Below are positions 1 to 13,300 of a stretch of DNA of 64,000 nucleotides, in pieces. Location of the stretch: positions 7,874,001 through 7,938,000 of the forward strand of contig OX597814.1 of the NCBI GenBank assembly GCA_951406725.2, in the 5' to 3' direction. The notes under the pieces are model-generated. The model saw only the letters and a program-made list of their open reading frames with translations. It was not told where the DNA came from and made no database searches. The stretch comes from Octopus vulgaris (lineage: Eukaryota). Position 1 is the first letter of the stretch. Each line of letters opens with the position of its first letter. Position numbers and translations under genes: made by a program.

Positions 1-3000
1 TAGTGAATGGTGGAGATCGAATTAAAGGGAATATGCAAAGGTTGAACTTTTAGAGAAACGGGCGGGAATGGCGATGTTTTTAGGGTGGCATGTAGAAAGA
101 AAAGGAAAGCAAAGCAGATTGGTGGTTATAAGTTCAAAACATTTAAACGGTAGACAAATGTATGTATGTATGTATGAAAAAAGAAGGGAGAAATCGTAGC
201 CTGCTCATGGACATCGCTGTAAGCCAGGGGAAGAAATGATAGTGAATGGTGGAGATCGAATTAAAGGGAATATGCAAAGGTTGAACTTTTAGAGAAACGG
301 GCGGGAATGGCGATGTTTTTAGGGTGGCATGTAGAAAGAAAAGGAAAGCAAAGCAGATTGGTGGTTATAAGTTCAAAACATTTAAACGGTAGACAAATGT
401 ATGTATGTATGTATGAAAAAAGAAGGGAGAAATCGTAGCCTGCTCATGGACATCGCTGTAAGCCAGGGGAAGAAATGATAGTGAATGGTGGAGATCGAAT
501 TAAAGGGAATATGCAAAGGTTGAACTTTTAGAGAAACGGGCGGGAATGGCGATGTTTTTAGGGTGGCATGTAGAAAGAAAAGGAAAGCAAAGCAGATTGG
601 TGGTTATAAGTTCAAAACATTTAAACGGTAGACAAATGTATGTATGTATGTATGAAAAAAGAAGGGAGAAATCGTAGCCTGCTCATGGACATCGCTGTAA
701 GCCAGGGGAAGAAATGATAGTGAATGGTGGAGATCGAATTAAAGGGAATATGCAAAGGTTGAACTTTTAGAGAAACGGGCGGGAATGGCGATGTTTTTAG
801 GGTGGCATGTAGAAAGAAAAGGAAAGCAAAGCAGATTGGTGGTTATAAGTTCAAAACATTTAAACGGTAGACAAATGTATGTATGTATGTATGAAAAAAG
901 AAGGGAGAAATCGTAGCCTGCTCATGGACATCGCTGTAAGCCAGGGGAAGAAATGATAGTGAATGGTGGAGATCGAATTAAAGGGAATATGCAAAGGTTG
1001 AACTTTTAGAGAAACGGGCGGGAATGGCGATGTTTTTAGGGTGGCATGTAGAAAGAAAAGGAAAGCAAAGCAGATTGGTGGTTATAAGTTCAAAACATTT
1101 AAACGGTAGACAAATGTATGTATGTATGTATGAAAAAAGAAGGGAGAAATCGTAGCCTGCTCATGGACATCGCTGTAAGCCAGGGGAAGAAATGATAGTG
1201 AATGGTGGAGATCGAATTAAAGGGAATATGCAAAGGTTGAACTTTTAGAGAAACGGGCGGGAATGGCGATGTTTTTAGGGTGGCATGTAGAAAGAAAAGG
1301 AAAGCAAAGCAGATTGGTGGTTATAAGTTCAAAACATTTAAACGGTAGACAAATGTATGTATGTATGTATGAAAAAAGAAGGGAGAAATCGTAGCCTGCT
1401 CATGGACATCGCTGTAAGCCAGGGGAAGAAATGATAGTGAATGGTGGAGATCGAATTAAAGGGAATATGCAAAGGTTGAACTTTTAGAGAAACGGGCGGG
1501 AATGGCGATGTTTTTAGGGTGGCATGTAGAAAGAAAAGGAAAGCAAAGCAGATTGGTGGTTATAAGTTCAAAACATTTAAACGGTAGACAAATGTATGTA
1601 TGTATGTATGAAAAAAGAAGGGAGAAATCGTAGCCTGCTCATGGACATCGCTGTAAGCCAGGGGAAGAAATGATAGTGAATGGTGGAGATCGAATTAAAG
1701 GGAATATGCAAAGGTTGAACTTTTAGAGAAACGGGCGGGAATGGCGATGTTTTTAGGGTGGCATGTAGAAAGAAAAGGAAAGCAAAGCAGATTGGTGGTT
1801 ATAAGTTCAAAACATTTAAACGGTAGACAAATGTATGTATGTATGTATGAAAAAAGAAGGGAGAAATCGTAGCCTGCTCATGGACATCGCTGTAAGCCAG
1901 GGGAAGAAATGATAGTGAATGGTGGAGATCGAATTAAAGGGAATATGCAAAGGTTGAACTTTTAGAGAAACGGGCGGGAATGGCGATGTTTTTAGGGTGG
2001 CATGTAGAAAGAAAAGGAAAGCAAAGCAGATTGGTGGTTATAAGTTCAAAACATTTAAACGGTAGACAAATGTATGTATGTATGTATGAAAAAAGAAGGG
2101 AGAAATCGTAGCCTGCTCATGGACATCGCTGTAAGCCAGGGGAAGAAATGATAGTGAATGGTGGAGATCGAATTAAAGGGAATATGCAAAGGTTGAACTT
2201 TTAGAGAAACGGGCGGGAATGGCGATGTTTTTAGGGTGGCATGTAGAAAGAAAAGGAAAGCAAAGCAGATTGGTGGTTATAAGTTCAAAACATTTAAACG
2301 GTAGACAAATGTATGTATGTATGTATGAAAAAAGAAGGGAGAAATCGTAGCCTGCTCATGGACATCGCTGTAAGCCAGGGGAAGAAATGATAGTGAATGG
2401 TGGAGATCGAATTAAAGGGAATATGCAAAGGTTGAACTTTTAGAGAAACGGGCGGGAATGGCGATGTTTTTAGGGTGGCATGTAGAAAGAAAAGGAAAGC
2501 AAAGCAGATTGGTGGTTATAAGTTCAAAACATTTAAACGGTAGACAAATGTATGTATGTATGTATGAAAAAAGAAGGGAGAAATCGTAGCCTGCTCATGG
2601 ACATCGCTGTAAGCCAGGGGAAGAAATGATAGTGAATGGTGGAGATCGAATTAAAGGGAATATGCAAAGGTTGAACTTTTAGAGAAACGGGCGGGAATGG
2701 CGATGTTTTTAGGGTGGCATGTAGAAAGAAAAGGAAAGCAAAGCAGATTGGTGGTTATAAGTTCAAAACATTTAAACGGTAGACAAATGTATGTATGTAT
2801 GTATGAAAAAAGAAGGGAGAAATCGTAGCCTGCTCATGGACATCGCTGTAAGCCAGGGGAAGAAATGATAGTGAATGGTGGAGATCGAATTAAAGGGAAT
2901 ATGCAAAGGTTGAACTTTTAGAGAAACGGGCGGGAATGGCGATGTTTTTAGGGTGGCATGTAGAAAGAAAAGGAAAGCAAAGCAGATTGGTGGTTATAAG

Positions 3001-3080
3001 TTCAAAACATTTAAACGGTAGACAAATGTATGTATGTATGTATGAAAAAAGAAGGGAGAAATCGTAGCCTGCTCATGGAC
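1..3080. repeat. Tandem array of a 239-bp unit (~12.9 copies, apparently identical), continuing off the left edge
   Basis: TAGTGAATGGTGGAGATCG recurs at 1, 240, 479, 718 and onward with period 239. No differences between copies seen by eye. Ends abruptly at GCTCATGGAC (3080). Confidence 0.97.
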
Positions 3081-6000
3081 TTTTGGTAATTTCTGGTGGG
3101 GAGGCTTTGGTCTTGTGCTGCACTTAAAAATCCTTCTGTCTCTGCTTCGAGTCCTGAGCTCCTCAACCATTGTTGGGATTTTTCTTTGTCTATTTCTTTT
3201 GCATTTAGTTTAGTCCAGTATTTGCCATGAAGGGGCTTTTCTTGCCATCGTTTTATCATGATTCGTTGCTGTTCTATTTTTAATTTGGATTTCATTTGTT
3301 TTATAGCTTTTGATGTTTCTTCTTCTTCTTCATAGTTGTCAGGTACTATGACTTCTTGTTTGTATTTGTCAGCTTCCTTAAATACTGAGAACAATTTTCT
3401 GTTTTGCCGCTATTTGTATCAGTTTTCCTTCCTTCTGAAGTAGATATTTTTGCAGTCCTATGGTGGTTATTTTTTAGTAGTTTTCCAGCTGTATAAGGCC
3501 TCTACCACCTTCTATACGTTGTATATATAGCCTTTCAATGTCAGATTTTGGGTGATGCATCCTAGATCCTGTCATTATTTTTCTTGTTTTCCTATCTATT
3601 TTGGTCAGTTCATTTAGTGTCCAGTTAAGGATATTGTAGCTGTAACTTATAACTGGAACGGCTAAAGTGTTAATACCTGTTATCTTGTTTTTAGCATTGA
3701 GCTCTGTTTTTAGTATTGATCTAACTCGTCTATAATATTCTTTTTTTATTTTCTCTTTCATTTGTGTGTGTTGTGTCTTATCTAGTTCATGGATTCCTAA
3801 GTATTTGTAAGTTTGGCTTTGGTCTAATTCTTTTATTTCATTGGTTTTATCTAGTGTGATGTTGCTACTCTTAATTAGTTTTCCTCTTTTCAGGGTTACT
3901 TTGGCGCATTTTTCTAATCCAAATTTCATATCTATTTCTTTGGTAAATACATGAACTGTCTTTAGTAGTGTTTCCAGCTGTTTGTCATCTGTAGCGCATA
4001 GTTTTAGGTCATCCATATATTAAAGGTGGCTGATCTTTTTGCCGTAACATTTATATCCGCATCCAGTTCTGTTTAGCATATACAATAGAGGTGACAGTGC
4101 CAAGCAGAAAAGGAGTGGAGAGAGCGTATCTCCCTGGAATATTCCTCTTCTAATGGGGATGGCTTTGGTTTTCATGAGTCCCTCTTTTGTTTGGAGGTGT
4201 AGCACTATTTGCCATTTATTCATAGAGTGTCCTATGTACTTTATAATTGTTGGTGCTACTTTGTTAATGGCTAGTGTTTCGAGGATCCATGTGTGGGGGA
4301 TGCTATCAAACGCCTTTTTGTAGTCGATCCAGGCCATACTGAGGCCTTTCTTCTTTCTGTGGCTGTCTTCAGTTATGGCTTTATTGATCATTAGTTGATC
4401 TTTACAGCCATATGAGCCTTTGCGGCATCCTTTCTGCTCTTCTGGAAACAGGTTGTTTTCGTCCAGGTGCTTGTTTAATCTTTGTGATATTACTGCAGTG
4501 AATGCTTTGTACATTGTACGGAGACAGGTTATAGGTCTGTAGTTTTCTGGTTTTGCTGTCTCATTGGATTTGGGAATTATGATGGTTTTCCCCTTCATGA
4601 GCCATTCAGGCATTGTCTCTGACTCTGCCAGTATGTTGTTAAAGTTTTCAGCCAGCTTTTTGTGCATTCCTGTTAGATATTTCAACCAGAAGTTGGGGAT
4701 CTTGTCATGCCCAGGTGCCTTCCAGTTGCTTAGTCTCTGCAGTGCCTGGGTGACCCCTTCAGTTGTTATGGGGTTCCAAAGTTGCTCAGATGCTGAGTTT
4801 GTTGTTTTAATACTCCTTTTTTTTGGTTGTTCTTTCGCCAACCATATTTCTTTCCAAGATTCTTCCACTTCTTCTGCTGTTGGTGCTGCAGTGATTTCTA
4901 TTTTATTTTTGCAAAGTTCTTGGTAGAACTTTTTGGGGTCGGAGTTGAACTGTTTCTTTTGTTCAAAGAAACGTTGGTGTTTCTCATACCAGTGGATCCT
5001 TTGTGCTTTGGCAAGGATATCTTGCTTTAGCTTTTCTTTTACTTCAGGTAAATCTTTTTCTGTGATGTTGTATTTGCGGAGTATTTTTGTTTCCTTCTTG
5101 TTGCTTATTAGTGTTGATTGTCTACTAATTTCGTTAAGAATCGACAGATCTTTTCTCATTTTTTGTATTTTGTTTTGGATATTATTTATCCACAGGGTTT
5201 GTTTGGGTGGTGGTTATCCTGTTTGGATCGGTTTGAGTGAGTATCCATCTTCTTTTGTGGCTGCTGCCTATATTATGTCATTTAGCTCAGTGATATTGCC
5301 ATTTGTTTCTGTGGCTATTAGTTCCATGACAGCCAGGTTTATGCTATTTATTATCGATGTTGTTTTTTGTCTATTTTGATTTTTGGGAGGTATGGTCGGT
5401 GGTCCATTCTGAGGTCTGTGGTTTTCAGTTCTTTGATTATTCTACTTTTTATGGTATCATAATCATTAGGCTCCCCTTCGTTGTTTCCAGGTTTTAGATT
5501 TGTGTCGCTTTTTTTCTCATTCGTATGTTTGTCTGTTGTGTTTTGGTTTGCTGCTTTTCTTACATTATTATTCATCCTTACGGTCTGGGTTTGTTGTTTT
5601 TTGTTTACTTCGTTTTTGTTAGAAATGTTATGTTTGTCTTCGTGTTTTACTATCTCAGTGTTTATATTATTTGGCATTGTTGTGTGTTTACTATCTACAT
5701 TTTCCTGATGTATTTTTTCTTAAAAATGTTATATTTCTATTTCTGATATTTTTTTTGCGTTGAGAATATATCTTCGTATGTTAGCTAGTTTATTAGGGTT
5801 CATTGCTGTATCCAAGTCTTTGTTTAGGTTATTTTTCTTCCATATTTTATATGTATATGTTGTTGTGTTTTTGTTCTTTGGGTAGAGCACTGCTGTAAAG
5901 TAAGCGTGTAGGATTGAAATGTATTCCTCACGTGTCCATTTATGCTTTTTTGGTTTTATTTGCAGGACATGAGGAACAACGTCCGGCCCATTATTTTGAC

Positions 6001-6520
6001 GGTCATCATTTTCGTAGGGTACCGGTCCGTTCATTTCTATTGTCAAATTGTTTTGCCTGTGTAGTTTTTCGTACTTTTTGTGTAACAAGTTTAAAGTACA
6101 CACTTCCCAATTGTTATTCTTGGGTTGAATAATACCATTATTATTTAATTTATTTGTAATTTTTTTGTATATGGTGTCTGGGGCCGGAGATGATCTGTTG
6201 TTGATGGATCGTAATGTATCAAGCATGTTTACATGGTTGGAGATGATATCGAGTTAAAATACATAATTTTGTTTGGAAAATAGCAATAAATTTCAATGAG
6301 TATCACTTACTCAGATATAGTCCAATCCTTTGTCTGTTAATTTTTGGCTCCATGTGATGTCTTTATTTCCGATGTTTGTGGATAGATTTCGGAGCACTGT
6401 TTTATCGCTCTCACATGTTTAACGTCCCCGGTGTAATCTTATTAACGTCCCCGGTATACTCTTGTTTAACGTCCCCGGTGTATTCTTGTTTCATGTCCCT
6501 GGTGTATTCTTGTGATGCAC
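3081..6520 (-). mobile_element. Dong/R4-clade (RLE-type) non-LTR retrotransposon, frameshifted, 3' end replaced by the tandem array
   Basis: ORFs 4020-5159 (KAPGHDKIPNFW, ENYRPITCL, WIDYKKAFDS, GIFQGDTLSP), 3474-4016 (MDDLKL, YLG, GGRGL) and 3011-3394 (ETEGFLSAAQDQSL). 5' end abuts (TTA)n at 6521-6594. Confidence 0.9.
6416..6512. repeat. ~24-bp minisatellite (4 copies) in the 5' region of the Dong-like element
   Basis: TGTTTAACGTCCCCGGTGTATTCT-like unit repeated four times. Confidence 0.8.
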
Positions 6521-6611
6521 TTATTATTATTATTATTGTTATTATTATTGTTATTATTATTATTATTATCATTATTATTATTAATATTATTATTCTTTCC
6601 TAATACAGTCG

Positions 6612-8308
6612 TCATCATCATTATCATCGTTTAATGTCCGTTTTCCATGCTAGCATGGGTTGGACGATTTGACTGAGGGCTGGCAAACAAGATGGCTGCA
6701 CCAGACTCCAATCTGATCTGGCAGAGTTTCTACAGCTGGATGCCCTTCCTAACGCCAACCAATCCAAGAGTGTGCTTTACATGTCACCAGCACGAGGGCC
6801 AGTCAGGTGGTACTGGCAACGGCCACGCCCAAATGGTGCATTTTATGTGCCACCTGCACAGGAGCCAGTCCAGTGGCACTAGCAACGGCCTCGCTCAAAT
6901 GTTTTTTTTTCACTTGCCACCATCACAAGAGCTAGTAAGGCGACACAGGTAATGATCATGCTTGAATGGTGTTTTTAACATGCCATCAGCATGAAGGCCA
7001 GCTTCTTGCTCTAGCAACGATCTCACTTGTATGGTACACTTAGCACTCCACTAGCACGGATGGCAGTCATCGAATTTGATTCTGATTTTGATTTCACTTG
7101 CCTCAACAGGTCTTCGCAAGCAAAGTTTAATGTCCAATGAAGGAAAGGCATGCATAAGTGGGCTGGTTACACCCCTGGCATAGGCCACAAGATTATGGTC
7201 TCACTTGTGCTTGCCAAGTCTTTTCAAGCACAACATATTTCCAGAGGTCCCAGTCACTAGTAATTGCCTCAGTGAGGCCTAATGTTTGAAGGTCATGCTT
7301 CACCACCTCATCCCAGATCTTCCTGGGTCTACCTCTCCCACAGGTTCCCTCAACCGCTAGGGTGTGGCACTTTTTCACACAACTATCCACATCCATTCTC
7401 ACCTCATGACGATACCAGTGCAGTCGTCTCTCTTGCACACCACATCTGATGCTTCTTAGGTCCAACTTTTCTCTCAGGGCGCTTACACTCTGTCGAGTAT
7501 ACACACTGACGTTACACATCCATCGGAGCCTATTAGCTTCATTTCTTGCGAGCTTATGCATATCCTCAGCAGTTATGGCCCATGTTTCACTGCTGTGTAG
7601 CATGGCTGTTTGTACACATGCGTCATACAGTCTACCTTTTACTCTGAGCGAGTGGTCCTTTGTCGCCAGCAGAGGTAGGAGCTCTCTGAACTTAGTCCAG
7701 GCTATTCTTATTCTAGCAGTTACACTTTCAGAGCACCCTCCCCCGCTACTGACTTGGTCACCTAGGTAACGGAAGCTATTAACTGCTTCTAGTTTTTCTC
7801 CCTGGAATGTGGTGGAAGTTGTTCTCTGCACATTTTCAGAGTTTATAGCTCCTGAGCATCTGCCACATACAAAAACTATCTTCCTAGCTAGCCTTCTTTT
7901 GACATTGCTGCACCTCTTATGTGTCCATAGCTTACACTGTGTACATCTTATAGAGTTTCTACCTACACCTCTACTGCAGATCGAGCAGGGCCATCGACCT
8001 GAAGGGATTTGTGCTTTGCCTGCCTTCCTACTTATTAGGACTTTGGTTTTAGCTAGGTTGATTCTAAGTCCCTTCGATTCTAATCCTTGTTTCCACACCT
8101 GAAACTTCTCTAGTTCTGATAGTGACTCAGCAATTAGAGCAAGGTCATCAGCATAGAGGAGCTCCCAGGGGCATCCTGTCTTGAATTCCTCCGTTATTGC
8201 CTGGAGGACTATGATAAATAGGAGGGGGCTGAGGACTGAACCTTGGTGAACCCCTACCTCTACCCGGAATTCTTCACTGTACTCGTTGCCAACCCTTACC
8301 TTACTGAC
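6612..8308 (-). mobile_element. RTE-clade LINE, 5'-truncated, with a PHD-type finger inside the RT
   Basis: ORF 7193-8311: GVHQGSVLSP, LLYADDL, FRYLG, GRGRPRK. 3' end in (GAT)n tail (CATCAT on +). Confidence 0.92.
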
Positions 8309-8419
8309 CATGGTAAAAATGTACTGGAGTCTTTAGTCATCTGTCAAGTCACAACAAGGACCTCAGACGGATGATACTTTCCTTAAGATGTGCGCTGTGT
8401 CCAAATAGGCTGCTTTTTG

Positions 8420-8569
8420 AGTGGTTGGTGTTAGGAAGGGCATCCAGCCGTAGAAACACTGCCAGATCCGACTGGGCCTGTTGCAGCCTCCTGGCTTCCC
8501 AGACTCCGGTCGAACCATCCAACCCATGCTAGCATAGAAAACGGACGTTAAACGATGATGATGATGATC
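8420..8569 (+). mobile_element. RTE 3'-terminal fragment, tail-to-tail with the next RTE copy
   Basis: GTTAGGAAGGGCATCCAG...GGACGTTAAACGATGATGAT is the reverse complement of the other RTE 3' ends. Confidence 0.85.
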
Positions 8570-10177
8570 ATCATCATCATCATTGTTTAGCGTCCGTTTT
8601 CCATGCTAGCATGGGTTGGACGTTCTACTGGGGTCTGTGAAGCCAGAAGGCTTCATCAGGCCCAGTCAAATCTGGCAGTGTTTCTACGGCTGGATGCCCT
8701 TCCTAACGCCAACCACTCCGTGAGTGTAGTGGGTGCTTTTTACGTGCCACCCGCACAGGTGTCAGACAGAGCTGGCAAACGGCCACGAACGGATGGTGCT
8801 TTTTATGTGCCACCGGCACGGGGGCCAGGTGAGGCTGGCAACGGACACGAACGGATGGTGCTTTTTACGTGTCACCGGCACGAGGCCAGTCGGGGCAGCG
8901 CTGGTAATGGTCGCGAAATGGAAGTTTCTCTTACATGCCACCGGCACTGGTAACACATCTGCAATTTCCATTGATCGATTTCGATTCTGATCCTCACTTG
9001 CCTCAACAGGTCTTCACAAGTAGAGTTTTGTGTCCCAAGAAGGGAAGGTATGCATACGTAGGCTGGCTCCATCCCATGTAGAAGGCCACGGGTTATGGAC
9101 TCACTTGTCCTGCCAGCTCTTCTCGCACACAGCACACTTCCAGAGGTCTCGGTCTCTAGTCATTTCCTCAATGAGACCTAAAGTTCGAAAGTCGTGCTTC
9201 ACCACTTCATCCCAGGTTTTCCTGGGTCTGCCTCTTCTGCAGGTTCCCTCAACCACTAGGGTGTGGCACTTTTTCACACAACTATCTTCATCCATTCTCG
9301 CCACATGACCATACCAGCGCAAACGTCTCTCTTGCACACCACAACTGATGCTTCTTAGGTCCAGCTTTTCTCTCAAGGTACTTACACTCTGCCGAGTATG
9401 AGTACTGACATTACACATCCATCGGAGCATACTGGCTTCATTTCTTGCGAGCTTACGCATATCCTCAGCAGTCACGGCCCATGTTTCACTGCCATGTAGC
9501 ATGGCTGTTCGTACACACGCATCATAGTCTGCCTTTCACTCTGTGCGAGAGGCCTTTTGTCACCAGCAGAGGTAAGAGCTCTCTGAACTTTGCCCAAGCT
9601 ATTCTTACTCTAGCAGTTACACTTTCAGCACACCCACCCCCGCTGCTGACTTGGTCACCTAGGTAACGGAAACTATCAACTATTTCTAGTTTTTCTCCCT
9701 GGAAAGTGACGGAAGTTGGTCTCAGAGCATTTTCAGAGTTTATTGTTCCTGAGCATCTGCCACATACAAAAACCATCTTCTTAGTTAGCCTTCCTTTGAC
9801 ATTGCTGCATCTCTTATGTGTCCATAGCTTACACTTGGTGCATCTTATAGAGTTTCTACCTACACCTTTTCTACTGATCGAGCAGGGCCATCGACCTGAA
9901 GGCGTTTGTGATTTGTCTACCTTCCTACTGATTACGACTTTGGTTTTAGCTAGATTGACTCTGAGGCCCTTCGATTCTAATCCTTGTTTCCACACCTGAA
10001 ACTTCTCCTCCAGTTCTGATAGTGACTCAGCAATTAGAGCAAGGTCATCAGCATAGAGGAGCTCCCAAGGGCATCCTGTTTTGAATTCCTCCGTTATTGC
10101 CTGGAGGACTATGATAAATAGGAGGGGGCTGAGGACTGAGCCTTGGTGGACCCCTACCTCTACCGGGAATTCTTCTG
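8570..10177 (-). mobile_element. RTE-clade LINE, 5'-truncated, frameshifted
   Basis: ORFs 9522-9995 and 9101-9502 are highly similar to the 7193-8311 protein; (GAT)n tail. Confidence 0.92.
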
Positions 10178-10316
10178 ATTATTATTATTATCATTATTAT
10201 TATCATTATTATCATTATCATTATTATTATTATTATCATTATTATTATTATTATCATTATTGTTATTATTATTATTATTATTATTAATATCATTATTATT
10301 ATTATTATTATTGTCA
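10178..10316. repeat. (TTA/TCA)n microsatellite
   Basis: Direct reading. Confidence 0.95.
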
Positions 10317-10319
10317 TTT

Positions 10320-13300
10320 ACTTTTAATATGCATGTTTGATGCAATCACTTGCCGGGGCACACCCAGCGCCCTAGAGCAAGTGAAGGTTATGAGTTGTTG
10401 AAATATAGCTGAAAGCTTGGGGAGGGGAAGTAGAGAAATATCTCCATGTAATACAAACACAAACATTTACATTGGGTTTTTCTAAGGATAGGGTTTTTCT
10501 AAGGATGTGGGCAGTACTTGTTAGTACAATCTTTTGGATTTCCTTGAGACATAGTTCTCCAGGGATATTGTCTAGGTGTTTCTGACATCCCTTTTTTATC
10601 ATACCTAGGGCACCTACAATAACAGGAACAGTTTTTGTTTTAAGATTCCACATCTTTTGTATTTCGATTTCCAGGTCCTTATATTTACTAAGTTTGTCAA
10701 ATTCCTTTACAGATACATTTTTATCAGTGGGGACGCTTCCCTCTATTAGTCTGCAGGTATTTTCTTCCCTGTCTTTAACAATTATGTCTGGTCGATTAGC
10801 CTTGATCGTTCTGTCAGTGTTGACTGGAAAATCCCAGAGGATGGTGACATCCTTACCTTCAACAACTGGCTGAGGATGGTGTTCATACCAGTTAGCAGGA
10901 GTGTCGAATTTGTAGTATTTACATATCTTCCAATGTATATACTGTCCTACCCTATCGTGGCAATTTTTGTATTCGTTTGGTGTCAGCACAGGACATCCCG
11001 AAACAAGATGGTCTATCGTTTCGTCAAATGTGTCGCAGAATCTGCATTTAGGGTCAGTACCATTTCGGAGAACGTCAGCCTGGTAATTTCTGGTAAACAA
11101 GCTTTGATTTTGTGCTGCCATTATGAAGCCTTCAGTCTCTGCTTTCAATCCAGAGCTCTTCAGCCACTGATGGGTTGTTGCTTGGTCTACATCAGCATTT
11201 TGGCTTCGGGGAATATATTGTCCATGCAGGGGCTTCTGGCTCCACCGCCTCTCAATTTGATTCTGCCCATTCTTTTTTGCAGTCTGCTTGATTCGCTTTG
11301 CTTGCTTGGTAGCAGTGGTTTCCGGCTCTTCATCTGATTCAAGGTTAATGTCTAGTTCCCTTTCGAACTTATAGGCTTCCTTGACAATAGAATGCAGCTT
11401 TTTGCTGCTTTCGTGTTCGCACACAAGTTGCAGCATCCAGTCCTTTGTACTAGATAGGTACCTGTTCATTCCTACAGTAGAGGTCTTATAGCACAGCTCT
11501 AATTGCATCATTCCTCTCCCCCGCTACTTCTAGGTAGGTACAGTCGGTCTACATCTGCCTTAGGGTGGTGCATGCTCTTGGATGTCAGTAATTTTCTTGT
11601 CTTCCTGTCCAAGCGTTGGAGTTCCGTAAGGTTCCAGTTAATGATGTTAAAACTGTACTGGACTACTGGAAGCGCCAGGGTGCTAATGGCCTCAATGCAA
11701 TTTTTGGAGTTGAGTTCAGTCTTCAGTACAAGCCTTATTCTCCTATAGTATTCCTTTCTTATTTTTTCCTTCATAGTAGCATGATGTATACCATCTCCGT
11801 TGATTCCTAGGTATTTGTAACTTTCTTGTGGGTCAAGTTCCTTGATGGTAGTGTCAATATCTAATTTAACAGAAGCTGTTTGCCTGAGCTTGCCTCTTAC
11901 AAAAGTTGCTTTAGCACACTTATCAAGGCCAAAATCCATTCCGATATCATTGCTAAACTCTTTAACAGTTGTTAGCAGCCCTTCTAGTTCTTGGTCATTC
12001 CTGGCAAACAGCTTTAGGTCGTCCATATAGAAAAGGTGGTTTATTGACTTACTAAAAACTTTTTACCCATATCTGGTACTATCCAATTCGTTTGAGAGTG
12101 GGATCAGTGCCATGCAAAAGTAATGGAGAGAGGGAGTCACCTTGAAAGATGCCTCGTTTGATGTTGATGCTGTTGGACTGGCTCATCCCATTACTATGGC
12201 TTAGGAAGAGACGTGTGTTCCACATGGTCATGCTATTCTTTAAGAATTTTGAGACGACAGGAGAGATCTTGTATATCTCAAGGGCCTTGAGTATCCATTT
12301 ATGTGGGACACTGTCATACACTTTCCTGTAGTCTATCCATGCCATACTCAGGTTTTTGTTTTTGCTCCGGCAATTCTCTACAATCATTCTGTTTATGAGC
12401 AATTGGTCTTTGCACCCATAAGAGTTTCTTTTACAACCTTTTTGAGCTTGTAGAAGGATAGAGTTTTGTTCAAGGAAAGCGTACATTCTCTCCATTATTA
12501 TGGATGTGAGGATTTTGTAGGTGGTGTTGAGACATGTTATTGGCCGGTAATTCTTTGGGTTTTTTGTGTCTTCGGTTTTAGGTAATAGGTAGGTGGTTCC
12601 TTCAGTCAGCCAAGCAGGTATTTGCTCTGGGTTCTGAATGACATCAGACAGAGATGCAGCGAGATTTTCGTGTACCTCTGTCAAACAATTCAGCCAGAAG
12701 TTAGGGATCCAATCCAGTCCTGGGGTTTTCCATTTATGAGCCTTCCTAAGGACACACCTTAGCTCCTCTATTCCTATTGCTTCCCATTTCTGTTCTTCAA
12801 GTTCATCCAGTCTCTCTCTCTCACGTTCTATCCAGTCAGCCTCAGCATTAAACTCTTTTTCATTGCTCCATACCTTCTTCCAGAACTCCTCCACTTCCTC
12901 AATCTTAGGTGGATCTTCTATGTGTATTTTATTTTTGCCAATTTCCCTATAAAATTTCTTTGCATCTATCTTAAAAAATTTATTTTGTCGATAAAATTTG
13001 TTTCTTTTGTCATACCTTCTAAGCCGTTGGGCTTTCAACTGTATCCGTTGTTTCAACAGTTCCTTAGTTGCAGGGAGGTTTATGAGATCTTTGATTTTAT
13101 ATTTTTGCTTGATTTTTCTAGCTTTTCTCGACTTAATATTCACTCCTCTAGCAAGCTCATCGAGAACTGAAACATCCGCCTGCAGAGATTCGATCTCTTT
13201 TTGTATCGCTACTTTCCACTTAGGAGGTTCATTGACATGCCTGGCCTTTTTCTTTGTCATCTTAATACCTAGTTGGGTAGTTACTACTTTAGCAGTGGAA

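Noticed and set aside
1-3080. CRISPR array or retrozyme tandem
   Set aside because: Units are fully identical with no spacers, and no CTGA hammerhead core occurs on either strand
4564-5746. Plus-strand hydrophobic ORFs resembling membrane proteins
   Set aside because: Antisense shadows of the A-rich LINE ORF
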